A DNA stretch of 62,377 bases, counting the filler. It is 4 parts of 4 records of this genome, joined end to end, with 100 filler letters (N's around TTAATTAATTAA, not from the genome) between each part and the next. Parts side by side here need not be neighbours in the genome. Positions count along the whole stretch, not along the records: positions 40,418 to 50,274 come from DRR378314_871; positions 50,375 to 62,377 come from DRR378314_876; 2 more parts are not named here. The stretch is one strand, 5' to 3'. This document shows, in pieces, positions 41,195 to 50,420 of the stretch. How positions within the stretch are numbered: position 1 is the stretch's first letter; every line of letters starts with the position of its first letter. Under the pieces are notes generated by a model. The model saw nothing but the letters and a program-made list of their open reading frames with translations. It searched no databases and had not been told where the DNA came from. Position numbers and translations under genes: made by a program.

Positions 41195-42247
41195 TCAAAG
41201 TACGACGGCGCTGCTGGTGTTGGTCTGCAAAAAGACCTGAGTGCCGGTTTCGAACCAGTCGAGACCTGCGCTGTGGCTTTGGTCGACGACCATTTCGGTG
41301 CCGCCCGCGTTGACCAGATATCGGATCTGACTGCCGAGAAACTCCTTGTGGCTGATTGTGCCCGTGAGCGTGTTGGGCCCTTCGTCACGCAGTAGGGTGA
41401 TATTCTGAGGTCGCAGTACGATGTTTGATCCTGACGAGCGCATTCCCGCGGGCAAGCTGAGATGATCGCCGGTTTCGGTCACAAAGCGCGCAGCTGCGCC
41501 ATCGGCTTCTACACGGCCTTTTAGAATGTTTGCCGTGCCGAGGAAGTTGGCCACAAAGAGGTTCGCCGGCGCGTCGTACAATTCTTGCGGCGTGCCGATT
41601 TGCTGGATGACCCCTCCATCAAGCACGGCCATCCGATCAGAGGTCGTGTTTGCCTCTTCTTGGTCGTGAGTCACAAAAATCGTCGTGAGACCGAGCTTGC
41701 GTTGTAGTTTCAGGAGTTCCCGCCGCATCTGCACGCGCAGGGAGGCGTCGAGATTGGAGAGCGGTTCATCCAACAGCAAGACCTCAGGCTCGACGACGAT
41801 GGTTCGCGCCAGCGCAATACGTTGTTGCTGCCCACCCGACAGTTGGTTCGGCATTCGGTCTGCGAGATGCGCAAGGCCCACAAGGTCGAGCGCTGCGTCA
41901 ACCTTGGGACGGATCTGGGCGTTTGGGAGCTTGCGCTCCTTCAGGCCAAAGCCGACGTTCTCGCGCACCGACATATGCGGCCAAAGCGCATAGGACTGAA
42001 ACACCATACCGACATTGCGTTTCCATGGGCTTTGTCCAACGACGTTTCGGTCCCCAATGAGGATGCGACCGCGCGGATCGGGGCCAAAGCCTGCAATCGC
42101 GCGCAACAACGTGGACTTGCCTGAGCCCGAGGGGCCGAGAAAGGCAAAGAACTCTCCCGGTTTAATGTCCAGGTTGACGCCCTTGAGCACTTCGGTCTCG
42201 CCAAAGGACAGATGGACATCTTCGATTTTGATACCAGCTTTTGTCAT
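41195..42247 (-). CDS. ABC transporter ATP-binding protein (FbpC/AfuC/PotA-like)
   Basis: GPSGSGKS, VFQSYALWPH, LSGGQQQR, LLLDEPLSNLD, and a TOBE domain. Confidence 0.92.
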   Translation of the reverse strand: MTKAGIKIEDVHLSFGETEVLKGVNLDIKPGEFFAFLGPSGSGKSTLLRAIAGFGPDPRGRILIGDRNVVGQSPWKRNVGMVFQSYALWPHMSVRENVGFGLKERKLPNAQIRPKVDAALDLVGLAHLADRMPNQLSGGQQQRIALARTIVVEPEVLLLDEPLSNLDASLRVQMRRELLKLQRKLGLTTIFVTHDQEEANTTSDRMAVLDGGVIQQIGTPQELYDAPANLFVANFLGTANILKGRVEADGAAARFVTETGDHLSLPAGMRSSGSNIVLRPQNITLLRDEGPNTLTGTISHKEFLGSQIRYLVNAGGTEMVVDQSHSAGLDWFETGTQVFLQTNTSSAVVL

Positions 42248-42268
42248 GTTTGCATTCCTTCCAAGGCT

Positions 42269-44023
42269 TCAGTGCGCGTCGCTGGACGCTTTGAGCTTTT
42301 TTTCTCTTTCAATGATGATTTGAGAGGCGATGGTGCCGATCGCGACGACAATGACAGCGACGATTCCAAGTGCAGCCCCAGCGCCACGCCCCGATGGGGT
42401 TTGCATGAACAGGTAGATCCCATAGGCCAGCGGCGCGTCATTGTTTGAACTGACCAGCATGATGGTGGCCGAAAGCTCCACTGCGGCGGTTGCAAAGCTG
42501 GTCACAAAGCCTGCCAGAATGCCACCTGTCATCAGAGGGATCACGACTTTTTGGATGGTCCGCCGCTTGGTCGCACCAAGGCTTTCTGCGGCCTCTTCCA
42601 GCGCAAGGCTCACCTGTTGCAGCGCGGCCGTGCAGGCGCGCAATGCGTAAGGCAGGCGCCGGATCATCAGGGCGAGTGCGATGATGACCCACCAGCTCGC
42701 CATAGGTTCGCCGGTGAACGGAACGTCGATCTGGTGAAAGGTCCTGAGGTACCCGATCCCGAGCACGACGCCCGGAACAGCCAGCGCGGCGGTGGCCAGG
42801 TAATCAAGCGCCTTGCGCCCGAATATTCCTGTGCGTAGCACAATATAGGCGATCGCGGTGCCGATTATGACATCCAGTGTGGCTGCGATCCCGGCGTAGA
42901 GGACGGTGTTCAAAATGAAGGTCTTAGAGCCTTCCCACATGGTGATGTAGTTTTGCAGGGTGTAGCCATCTGGCAGCGGCGCAAAGGACCATATTGTTCC
43001 AAAGGACAGCAACAGCAGGCCGAGGTGTGGGCTCAGGACCACCAGCAGGATCAATACGACCGTGCCGTAGGCCAGCGTCTTCTCCAGGGGCTTAAGTGAT
43101 CGTTTGGCCATGCCGCCGCCGCCTTTCTGCACTGTCGCGTAATCCTTGCCACGCATGAACAGGAAAGAGGCCCACAGCGACAGAATTGAGAACACGACAA
43201 GGATGACGGAGATTACATAGCCCATCGGGTCGCTGATCCCGATAGAGGAAATGCGCAGGAACGCCTGTGGTGCGAGCATGTTGTTGACGTTCAAGAGGAG
43301 CGGCGTGCCTAGATCGTCAAACACCTTGATAAAGACCAATGCGGCACCGGCAATGTAACCCGGCATCGCAAGCGGAAAAACGATCCGGCGAAACAGGCGC
43401 ATGCCATGGCTTCCAAGGTTCTGCGCCGCTTCTTCCATCGAGCGGTCGATATTGCGCAAGGACGCGGATAGGTTGATCAGAATGAAGGGAAAGTAGTGGA
43501 TCGACTGCACCAGGATGACGCCATTCAGCCCCTCCATGAAGGGGATTGAGACGCCAAACCAGTCTTGCAGCAGCAGGTTGACGGTTCCGTTGCGGCCAAA
43601 GATCAGCTGCATCGCCACGGCGCCCACGAAGGGTGGCATGATCAGAGGGATGAACCCGAGGCTTTGAATGAGGATCGACCCTGAAAAGTGAAACCGTGTC
43701 GTGATATAGGCCAAGGGCAGGGCGATCGCGGTGGCGACGACCACGGACATGGCCGACACATAAAAAGAGTTCCAAAAGCTCTCTCTGAACAACGACGTAC
43801 GGAAGAAATCGATAAAGTTCTGAAGTGTCGCTGCGCCCGTTGCCGGGTCTTGGAAGGCGACGATCATGACCTGTGCCACGGGCACCAGAAGCAGGCCGAT
43901 CAGCAAAAGCGCGATGAGCACGGCGGCGACATGCAGGCCGGAGAGGTCCGGGACCAGCCAGTTGGGCACACGATCAGAGAGCCCGGCGGCCTGTGCGCCC
44001 GACGAAGAGGATGAGCTTGACAT
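42269..44023 (-). CDS. ABC transporter permease, fused two-domain FbpB/AfuB type
   Basis: 584 aa with two EAA loops (MEEAAQNLG, LEEAAESLGA). Confidence 0.9.
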   Translation of the reverse strand: MSSSSSSSGAQAAGLSDRVPNWLVPDLSGLHVAAVLIALLLIGLLLVPVAQVMIVAFQDPATGAATLQNFIDFFRTSLFRESFWNSFYVSAMSVVVATAIALPLAYITTRFHFSGSILIQSLGFIPLIMPPFVGAVAMQLIFGRNGTVNLLLQDWFGVSIPFMEGLNGVILVQSIHYFPFILINLSASLRNIDRSMEEAAQNLGSHGMRLFRRIVFPLAMPGYIAGAALVFIKVFDDLGTPLLLNVNNMLAPQAFLRISSIGISDPMGYVISVILVVFSILSLWASFLFMRGKDYATVQKGGGGMAKRSLKPLEKTLAYGTVVLILLVVLSPHLGLLLLSFGTIWSFAPLPDGYTLQNYITMWEGSKTFILNTVLYAGIAATLDVIIGTAIAYIVLRTGIFGRKALDYLATAALAVPGVVLGIGYLRTFHQIDVPFTGEPMASWWVIIALALMIRRLPYALRACTAALQQVSLALEEAAESLGATKRRTIQKVVIPLMTGGILAGFVTSFATAAVELSATIMLVSSNNDAPLAYGIYLFMQTPSGRGAGAALGIVAVIVVAIGTIASQIIIEREKKLKASSDAH

Positions 44024-44108
44024 ATGGGGAGCGTCCTTGGAGATGTCCTGCCACCGTGCCGAGCACGATGGCAGTTAGGTCTATGTTTCGGGGACCGGGA
44101 GTCGCGCG

Positions 44109-45431
44109 TTACATCGCGGCTGCTTTATTCGCCAATTCCGTGGCGCGTGCGTAGTTCTCGACGACGAAGGCATCCCAACGCTGTTCGATTTCAGCCTGGC
44201 GCTCACCAACCTCGTCGGTGGCCTGGCGGCGCTTTTTCGTGAAGATGCCGGCAAACTCTGAATCCAGGCTCTGCGCCTCATCAATCGGGTTCGCGTCAAT
44301 TAGCGCCCAAGCCTCGTCGATGAGTGCTTGTGCCTCCTCATTGCCTGTCTCGCTGTAGCGCGCTTCGGCTTCATGCAGAGCGCCGACCGCCGAGCGCAGG
44401 TCGTCGAGGCGATAGGTAATCATCACGTCGAACATGGAATTGACGAGGTTGTAGCGTGCGCCGGATTTCTCAACGTCGAATTTCACGCTGGCCCCGATGG
44501 TGCTGTCCTCAAATGGATTGGGAAAACCCTCCGGCGCTTCGGCGTAGGTGGCTGGATTGATTGGTAAACGCATGATCGCCGGGTCCAACAAGACCGACTG
44601 GCCCTCTGGGGTTAGCATATAGTTGATGAAGGTAACTGCGCCGTCTTCGTTGGGAGAATTCGCGACCACCGCAACATTCGCGGGAACAAGTGCGGTGACG
44701 GTGGGATAGGCGAAATCAACCGGAAAACCCGATGCTTTGGACGAAAATCCAAAGAAGTCGATGACAATTCCAAGGCCAAAGTTGCCAGTGTTCACACCGT
44801 CCGGGACGCCAAAGCTGCGCTCGGTCACGGTTCTGAAGTTGCCTGCAATGCGCTTCCATTGTGACCAGCCCTGATCCCAGCCCTCGCCTTGCAGCAGCGT
44901 TTCAACGGTAAGGTGTGTGGTGCCGGAGCGCGACGGCGCTGACATGCCCACGTGCCCGTGGTACTCGGCCCCGGCGAGATCCATCCATTCTTTCGCTGGT
45001 GCAAGATCGTTTGCCTTAAGGTACCGCTCGTTCCACATGATGCCATATCCAGCGCCTGCGAAGCCAAAGTAATAGCCTTCGGGATCGTTCAGAGGGTAGG
45101 CGCCGATCCGGTCCGGAATGCCTTCGGACGTGATTGTGACCTTGGAGAGGAGCTGATCTCCCTTCAGCACTTCAAACGCGTCAGGTGCCGACGCCCAGAA
45201 GATATCAGCGGTGTTGTCTCCGGCGAGCTCCTGGATGTATTTTACGCCAGCCGAGGTCTTCTTGTTCAAGATTTCCAGATCCAACTCGGGATGAGCCGCC
45301 TCAAAAGCAGCTTCGATTGGCCCGGTCATTGAGTCTGGGAAAGATGTGATAACGGTAACTTTGCCGCCGGCGACGGCGGCCGTCGTCATAAGCGCCAATG
45401 TTGCCACTGACGATAGAATGGTACCCCGCAT
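44109..45431 (-). CDS. ABC substrate-binding protein, PgtC/AfuA-like (phosphorylated substrate suspected)
   Basis: Signal peptide. VITSFP, FWASAPDAF, SAPSRSGTTH, TERSFGVPDGV, IVIDFF. Confidence 0.82.
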   Translation of the reverse strand: MRGTILSSVATLALMTTAAVAGGKVTVITSFPDSMTGPIEAAFEAAHPELDLEILNKKTSAGVKYIQELAGDNTADIFWASAPDAFEVLKGDQLLSKVTITSEGIPDRIGAYPLNDPEGYYFGFAGAGYGIMWNERYLKANDLAPAKEWMDLAGAEYHGHVGMSAPSRSGTTHLTVETLLQGEGWDQGWSQWKRIAGNFRTVTERSFGVPDGVNTGNFGLGIVIDFFGFSSKASGFPVDFAYPTVTALVPANVAVVANSPNEDGAVTFINYMLTPEGQSVLLDPAIMRLPINPATYAEAPEGFPNPFEDSTIGASVKFDVEKSGARYNLVNSMFDVMITYRLDDLRSAVGALHEAEARYSETGNEEAQALIDEAWALIDANPIDEAQSLDSEFAGIFTKKRRQATDEVGERQAEIEQRWDAFVVENYARATELANKAAAM

Positions 45432-45567
45432 GGAGTGTCCTCCCTGAATTGAGATGCGCTCCTCCGCGCACTTCCAGATGCTGCGACAGATACCGAAATC
45501 GACAAATTTTTACCTGAATCCTCCCCTTCGGATGACGTCTTGAGGCGGTTTTGACACCTGAATTGGG

Positions 45568-46818
45568 TCAATCCTGACTCACATCAGAGAGGCCGATCGC
45601 CTTCATGCGCAGATAGAGCCGCTTCCTCGGAATCGACAACAGTTCGGCCGCTTCGCCCTTTCGTCCTCCGGATTCTCGCAGACTTTGCGATAAAAGTGTG
45701 CGTTCGAATTGGCGCATGGCTTCCTCATAGGGCAAAAGCGCGTCGCTGCGTTGTCGCGTCCGTGGGTCCAGTCCAATCGGTAGGCCCATCACCATTCGCT
45801 CCGCGACGTTTTGCAATTCACGCGCATTGCCCGGCCAGGCATGGCGCTCAAACTGGCGGATCATGTCCTTGGTCACTCTGGGCAGCCGCTGGCTAAATCT
45901 CTGCGACGCGGAGCGCAAAAACACTTCGAGTAGGAAAAAGACGTCCCGGCCGCGCTCACGGATTGCCGGCATATCAAGACGGGCGACATTGGCCAGGAAA
46001 TAAAGATCGTCCGCCAGGTTTTCTTCAGGCGCTTTTGCGGCTTCGGCTGACATGGAGACGATAACCCGTGGAATGCCGGGGGTTTTCAAATATTCGACCA
46101 GGATTGCCTGGGCCTTTGGATCAAGGCGGTCGACGGCTCGCAGATAGAGTGTCGCGGTTTCGGGTGCGATGGCGGCAAGGTCTGACCGAAACCCTTCCGG
46201 TGAGGTCGCCGCGCATCCGATCATTTCAAACTCGCCTTTGCCTTCGCCGTAGTCATGCAGCGCGCGTGCCGCAACAGATTTCCCAGAGCCCGGTTCGCCG
46301 AAGATGCAAACGGTCATCGGCAGCGTCGCCAACCGCAGCACCTGCGCGCGAATTTCGCGGATGGCTTGAGACTGCCCCACAAGCGTTGCCGAGAGGCCGC
46401 TTTTGTTTTGCGTACGTCGCCGCAGTCGCTTGTTTTCTACCAGCAGTTTGCGCGCTCCTACGGCACGGCTGATGGTGCTGATCAGCATGTCGGGCTGGGG
46501 CGGTTTTTCGATGAAGTCATAAGCCCCTGCTTTGATCGACGAGATGGCCATCCGTACGTCGCCGTGCCCTGTAATCATCACAAACGGAATATCCGAGGCG
46601 ATATCTTGTGTCGCCTTCAGGACGCCAAACCCATCCATATCAGCCATCCGCACGTCGCATAAAATGACACCAGACCACTCTGGGTCGAGCTTTTGGAGCA
46701 TCTCTGCTCCGTTGCAAAATGGCTCTACCGTCAGGCCCGCACCTTCCAATAATTCGCAGGTGGCTTCGCGAAAATCGGTGTCGTCATCAACCAGATAGAC
46801 TTGCGAACTCTGTTTCAT
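45568..46818 (-). CDS. PgtA/DctD-like response regulator with degenerate AAA+ domain and Fis HTH
   Basis: Receiver LVDDD...CDVRM...TGHGD...EKP. Walker A GEPGSGKS but no GAFTGA. WPGNARELQN and C-terminal HTH. ATGA overlap with the kinase gene. Confidence 0.85.
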   Translation of the reverse strand: MKQSSQVYLVDDDTDFREATCELLEGAGLTVEPFCNGAEMLQKLDPEWSGVILCDVRMADMDGFGVLKATQDIASDIPFVMITGHGDVRMAISSIKAGAYDFIEKPPQPDMLISTISRAVGARKLLVENKRLRRRTQNKSGLSATLVGQSQAIREIRAQVLRLATLPMTVCIFGEPGSGKSVAARALHDYGEGKGEFEMIGCAATSPEGFRSDLAAIAPETATLYLRAVDRLDPKAQAILVEYLKTPGIPRVIVSMSAEAAKAPEENLADDLYFLANVARLDMPAIRERGRDVFFLLEVFLRSASQRFSQRLPRVTKDMIRQFERHAWPGNARELQNVAERMVMGLPIGLDPRTRQRSDALLPYEEAMRQFERTLLSQSLRESGGRKGEAAELLSIPRKRLYLRMKAIGLSDVSQD

Positions 46819-48767
46819 GTGCTCAAATCTCCTGATGGGAGTGTGACAGTGGCGCGAACGCCCTGATCGCGACGGCTGCAAATCACGAGATCACCACCAA
46901 GCCCTTTGAGAATGTTATAGGAAATCGACAGGCCCAGCCCGAGGCCCGCGCCGGGGGGTTTACTGGTCACGAAGGGTTCGATGATGTCGTGGGGTTCCAG
47001 GTCGCCCAACCCGGCCCCGGTGTCCACGACCGAGAAAGCACAGTTTCCCTCTGCGGCAGGATGGGACTCAATTCGAATTTCGCCAGCTTTACCGGTTTGC
47101 GCGATGGCATCGCTCGCATTGCTCAAAAGGTTGACGATAACTTGCTCCACAAGCACCGGGTCACCGATGAAAGAAATCGTGCTCAACGTGGAGTCAATCA
47201 TCGGCGTCGCGCCATGCTCGGCGAACTGCGGGGACATAAGGCCCATTGCGGATTGAACCAATGGTTGAAGCTGCACCCTTTCTCTGAGGTACTCTGATCG
47301 GCGAGCAAACTTCCTCAAATGTTGGATGATGCGTTCCATCCGGTCGGTAAGATCGGATATTTTCGCGGTCTGTCGTGCCTGCGCCTGCGTGTCGGCTGCG
47401 GCGATCGCGGCCTGTAGCATGTGCAAACGTTGCTTGATGGCACCCAGAGGCTGATTGAGTTCGTGGCTGATCCCAGCCGAAAGGTTGCCAAGCGCGGCCA
47501 TTTTTCCCGCCTGCACAAGCTCGTTCTGTGTCGCCTGAAGCTGTGCAATGGCTTGATCGCGCTCGTGGACAGAGGTCTGAAACGCGTGAACCGCGCGGGT
47601 GAGCTGACCAATTTCGTCGTGTCGCTGGTCAAAATCGTCAATCCGGGCGGCCTGTCCGCTCGCGATTGCATGCATCGCGCCTGTGAGATTTTGCATCGGG
47701 CGGATGATGACAGGACGCACATAGAGGAACAGGATGCCAAAACCACCAGCAAGCGCCAGCACTGTTGCGATCAGCAACACGGACTGGCGGCGATCAGACT
47801 GGATTGAAAACGCCTGAACCGTCGCGGCGAGCGCTTGGCGTTGATCGCGAGCGTCGTTTTGAAGGCTTTTCTGTAGGCGAGACAGCGCGTTAAATGAATG
47901 TTCCAACTGCGCCTGCACCTCATTGCGTTGGCTGAGCCATTCCTGCCGGTGCCGGGCCAATCCCTCTGGCCCGATGGTGACCGCTTCAAGCGCACTCAGC
48001 GATTGCTGGATGGTGAGAAACTCTGTGCGGTCAGAATCCTGGCGCAGCATTGAAAAGACGCGCGACACCGAATCTGCGTAGATGTCCTCCAGTTGTTTCA
48101 TCTGATCGTGCGAGCTCGCGTCTGCGATCTGGAAAACCACTGAAATCAGGCGGCTAAGCTCTGACGCCAGCGCTGAAAACTGATCGCGGGACTGGATATC
48201 CTGCGCAAGAAAACGAGCCTTTGCTGCGCGCCTGTTTTCGTTGTTCTCGGTCACGATGTTTCGTGTTTGCGATTGGATATTGAACGAGAAATCCGCGACC
48301 AACGCGGAGGTTTCCTCCTCCAGCTCCACTCCGAGCCAACGCAGGCGCGACATATCCTCCCGGATTGCCTGCTCCAACCGCTGCATCCGGTCCAGACGCT
48401 GTGCAATCACATCTAACTGCGCGACAATTTCGCGTGTCTCCCCTTCGACCTCAGGTTTTTCCAGGCGCTCGACCAAAAAGCGTGACAAATCGGTGGTGGC
48501 GGTTCTGATTGGGCTGCTCTGGATGCTGGTTGCAAACAGCAGTTCGTTGCTCAGGATCGCTAAATCGGCAATTTGTGCAGAGAGTTGCGAGGTTTGCGTC
48601 AGGTCCGGCACATGTGTCGTGCTTATTTCGGAGACCACCGACCGCGCATCCTGCAAGGCTTGTATCGCAAGTGCGATGACGATCCATGTTAGCAGGACGG
48701 CCAACACTGTTAGAATAAACAGTCGCGTCCAGATACGTGGGATCGTTCTTTCCAAGAAGCGTTTCAT
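46815..48767 (-). CDS. PgtB-like sensor histidine kinase (TM-periplasmic-TM-HAMP-HisKA-HATPase)
   Basis: H-box AGISHELNQPL, N-box EQVIVNLLSNASDA, DTGAG, PFVTSK, GLGLGL. Confidence 0.9.
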   Translation of the reverse strand: MKRFLERTIPRIWTRLFILTVLAVLLTWIVIALAIQALQDARSVVSEISTTHVPDLTQTSQLSAQIADLAILSNELLFATSIQSSPIRTATTDLSRFLVERLEKPEVEGETREIVAQLDVIAQRLDRMQRLEQAIREDMSRLRWLGVELEEETSALVADFSFNIQSQTRNIVTENNENRRAAKARFLAQDIQSRDQFSALASELSRLISVVFQIADASSHDQMKQLEDIYADSVSRVFSMLRQDSDRTEFLTIQQSLSALEAVTIGPEGLARHRQEWLSQRNEVQAQLEHSFNALSRLQKSLQNDARDQRQALAATVQAFSIQSDRRQSVLLIATVLALAGGFGILFLYVRPVIIRPMQNLTGAMHAIASGQAARIDDFDQRHDEIGQLTRAVHAFQTSVHERDQAIAQLQATQNELVQAGKMAALGNLSAGISHELNQPLGAIKQRLHMLQAAIAAADTQAQARQTAKISDLTDRMERIIQHLRKFARRSEYLRERVQLQPLVQSAMGLMSPQFAEHGATPMIDSTLSTISFIGDPVLVEQVIVNLLSNASDAIAQTGKAGEIRIESHPAAEGNCAFSVVDTGAGLGDLEPHDIIEPFVTSKPPGAGLGLGLSISYNILKGLGGDLVICSRRDQGVRATVTLPSGDLST

Positions 48768-50002
48768 TCGTCGCGGCTTGTCTCTAACGCTTCCAAATCC
48801 GCCGCGGCGAGTGCGAGAAGCGCACGAACTTCTTCGCGCCAGCCGTCAAGGAGTTTGCGTTCGTCAGATCCTGTCGCGGGTTGCACGGAGGGCCGCAATC
48901 CCGTCGCGGCGGAATGAGAGACGCCTGTGGCGGCGCGTTCGGAAATGGGCACTTTGGTCAGCAGCTGATGCACCCGATCCAGTTCGGCCCCAAATCCCTG
49001 TTTTTTGAGCGCGTGATATCTCCGCCAGAGCGCGCGCCGTTCGACTAGGACATCTGCAATCATGAGATCAAACAGCGCATTGACCGCCCAGTAACGGTCT
49101 GCCGAAAGTTCTGGGTCGTATTCAAGCCAAGGCAGTTTCAAGTCCGCGGTTATTTCCGGCGGGATCGTCGCGCTTATCTCAGCGCGGATCGGTGCGTCAA
49201 TCGGGATGCGGCTGACGTTGGGGTGACGCAATGCCAGCTGGCCTGAGCGCGACAGCAGCATTTCTACGAAGGCGCAAGCGAGGTCGGGGTTGATGCCGCC
49301 CTTCAGGATGCCGATCTGCGCCGAGAACGTCGTCATGGGGCGTCCGTACCTGAACTGCAGCGCTTCACCGCGGGAGGTGGACAAAAAGTCTATCATGAGC
49401 CCGATATCGAAGCGGCGGTTGATCAGCCCGTCCGGCACCCCGTGGCTGCGGGCGGTCAGAGTAGAGAGATTTCCGGCAAGCTCGAGCAGATAGGTCCAGC
49501 CTTCGTCCCATCCGCGCACCTGCAGCAGCTGCTCGACCAATAGGTGCATGGTGCCGGATCGCGCGGGGCGCGCCATGGCAATGCGATCGCGATAAATGGG
49601 CAGCAGAAGATCATTCCAGCTGCCCGGCATGAAAAGGGTGCTGTCGCTGCGCCGTGACCAGCCGACCGAGGAGACCGCGAACGCTTCGATTGGGGCGGGG
49701 CCATTGGGGCTGCAGACTGTCGCATCTGCAAAGCGATCATCCCGACCCAAGAGAACAAACGCCTCCGGCGAGGACGCCCAGAACAGGTCGAAAGCACGCG
49801 CATTTCCTTGCTGGATTTCCTCCATCGCTGAGATCGTATTCTTATTGAGAACCTGGATCCGAGTTCGCGGTTTGGCGTCCTGCCAGAGGCTCTCGAACAC
49901 ATCCGTCATGTCCGACGGAAATGATGTAAGGATCGTGAGGTCCTTGGCTCCTAGCGGCGTGCCAAAAAAGACCATCAGTAGCAAAATCCAAAGACGTCTC
50001 AT
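48764..50002 (-). CDS. PgtC-like periplasmic sensory binding protein
   Basis: Signal peptide MRRLWILLLMVFFGTPLGA. ILTSFP, FWASSPEAF, ARPARSGTMH, TARSHGVPDG. Translationally coupled to the kinase. Confidence 0.78.
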   Translation of the reverse strand: MRRLWILLLMVFFGTPLGAKDLTILTSFPSDMTDVFESLWQDAKPRTRIQVLNKNTISAMEEIQQGNARAFDLFWASSPEAFVLLGRDDRFADATVCSPNGPAPIEAFAVSSVGWSRRSDSTLFMPGSWNDLLLPIYRDRIAMARPARSGTMHLLVEQLLQVRGWDEGWTYLLELAGNLSTLTARSHGVPDGLINRRFDIGLMIDFLSTSRGEALQFRYGRPMTTFSAQIGILKGGINPDLACAFVEMLLSRSGQLALRHPNVSRIPIDAPIRAEISATIPPEITADLKLPWLEYDPELSADRYWAVNALFDLMIADVLVERRALWRRYHALKKQGFGAELDRVHQLLTKVPISERAATGVSHSAATGLRPSVQPATGSDERKLLDGWREEVRALLALAAADLEALETSRDE

Positions 50003-50274
50003 GCAGTTCAAGTTAGCTGCTCTGAGCTGGTCCGCAAACAAAGGATTGTTGGGGTCGGGGGCTGCGTCACTTTTGACCCATTAGTTGAGATTAAAGCTAT
50101 TGGCATGCGTGCCACCCAAACTCTCACACAGTGAGCCTCGCTTTCAAGCGCGCTTCTCGTTGCACAGCAGACATTTTCGGCTTCTTCCACGAACCTCGTC
50201 CGGTGAGGGCGATCGCGTTCAGTTCTGGTATTGGGCCATTGGGTCATACGCGCTTGCATTCCAGGCCGGAAGCA

Positions 50275-50374
50275 NNNNNNNNNNNNNNNNNNNNNNNNNN
50301 NNNNNNNNNNNNNNNNNNTTAATTAATTAANNNNNNNNNNNNNNNNNNNNNNNNNNNNNNNNNNNNNNNNNNNN
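50275..50374. other. Artificial contig linker
   Basis: N44-TTAATTAATTAA-N44. Confidence 0.98.
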
Positions 50375-50420
50375 TGCCGGGCGCTTCGCGCCCTTTCGCG
50401 GGCCCGGCCCGCTCGCACAG
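50375..50420. repeat. REP-like palindromic element at the edge of contig 4
   Basis: Minus strand GTGCGA-GCGGGC-CGG-GCCCGC-GAA followed by the GGGCGC-GAA-GCGCCC hairpin, a Pseudomonas-type REP layout. Confidence 0.5.

Noticed and set aside
40150-50002. Idea that the Pgt-like transporter module is cargo of the RepA plasmid
   Set aside because: A contig linker separates them, so there is no evidence of physical linkage.
50101-50114. TGGCA-TGCG-TGCCA palindrome upstream of the PgtC-like gene
   Set aside because: No correctly spaced GC for a sigma-54 promoter on either strand and no second copy, so no function can be supported.
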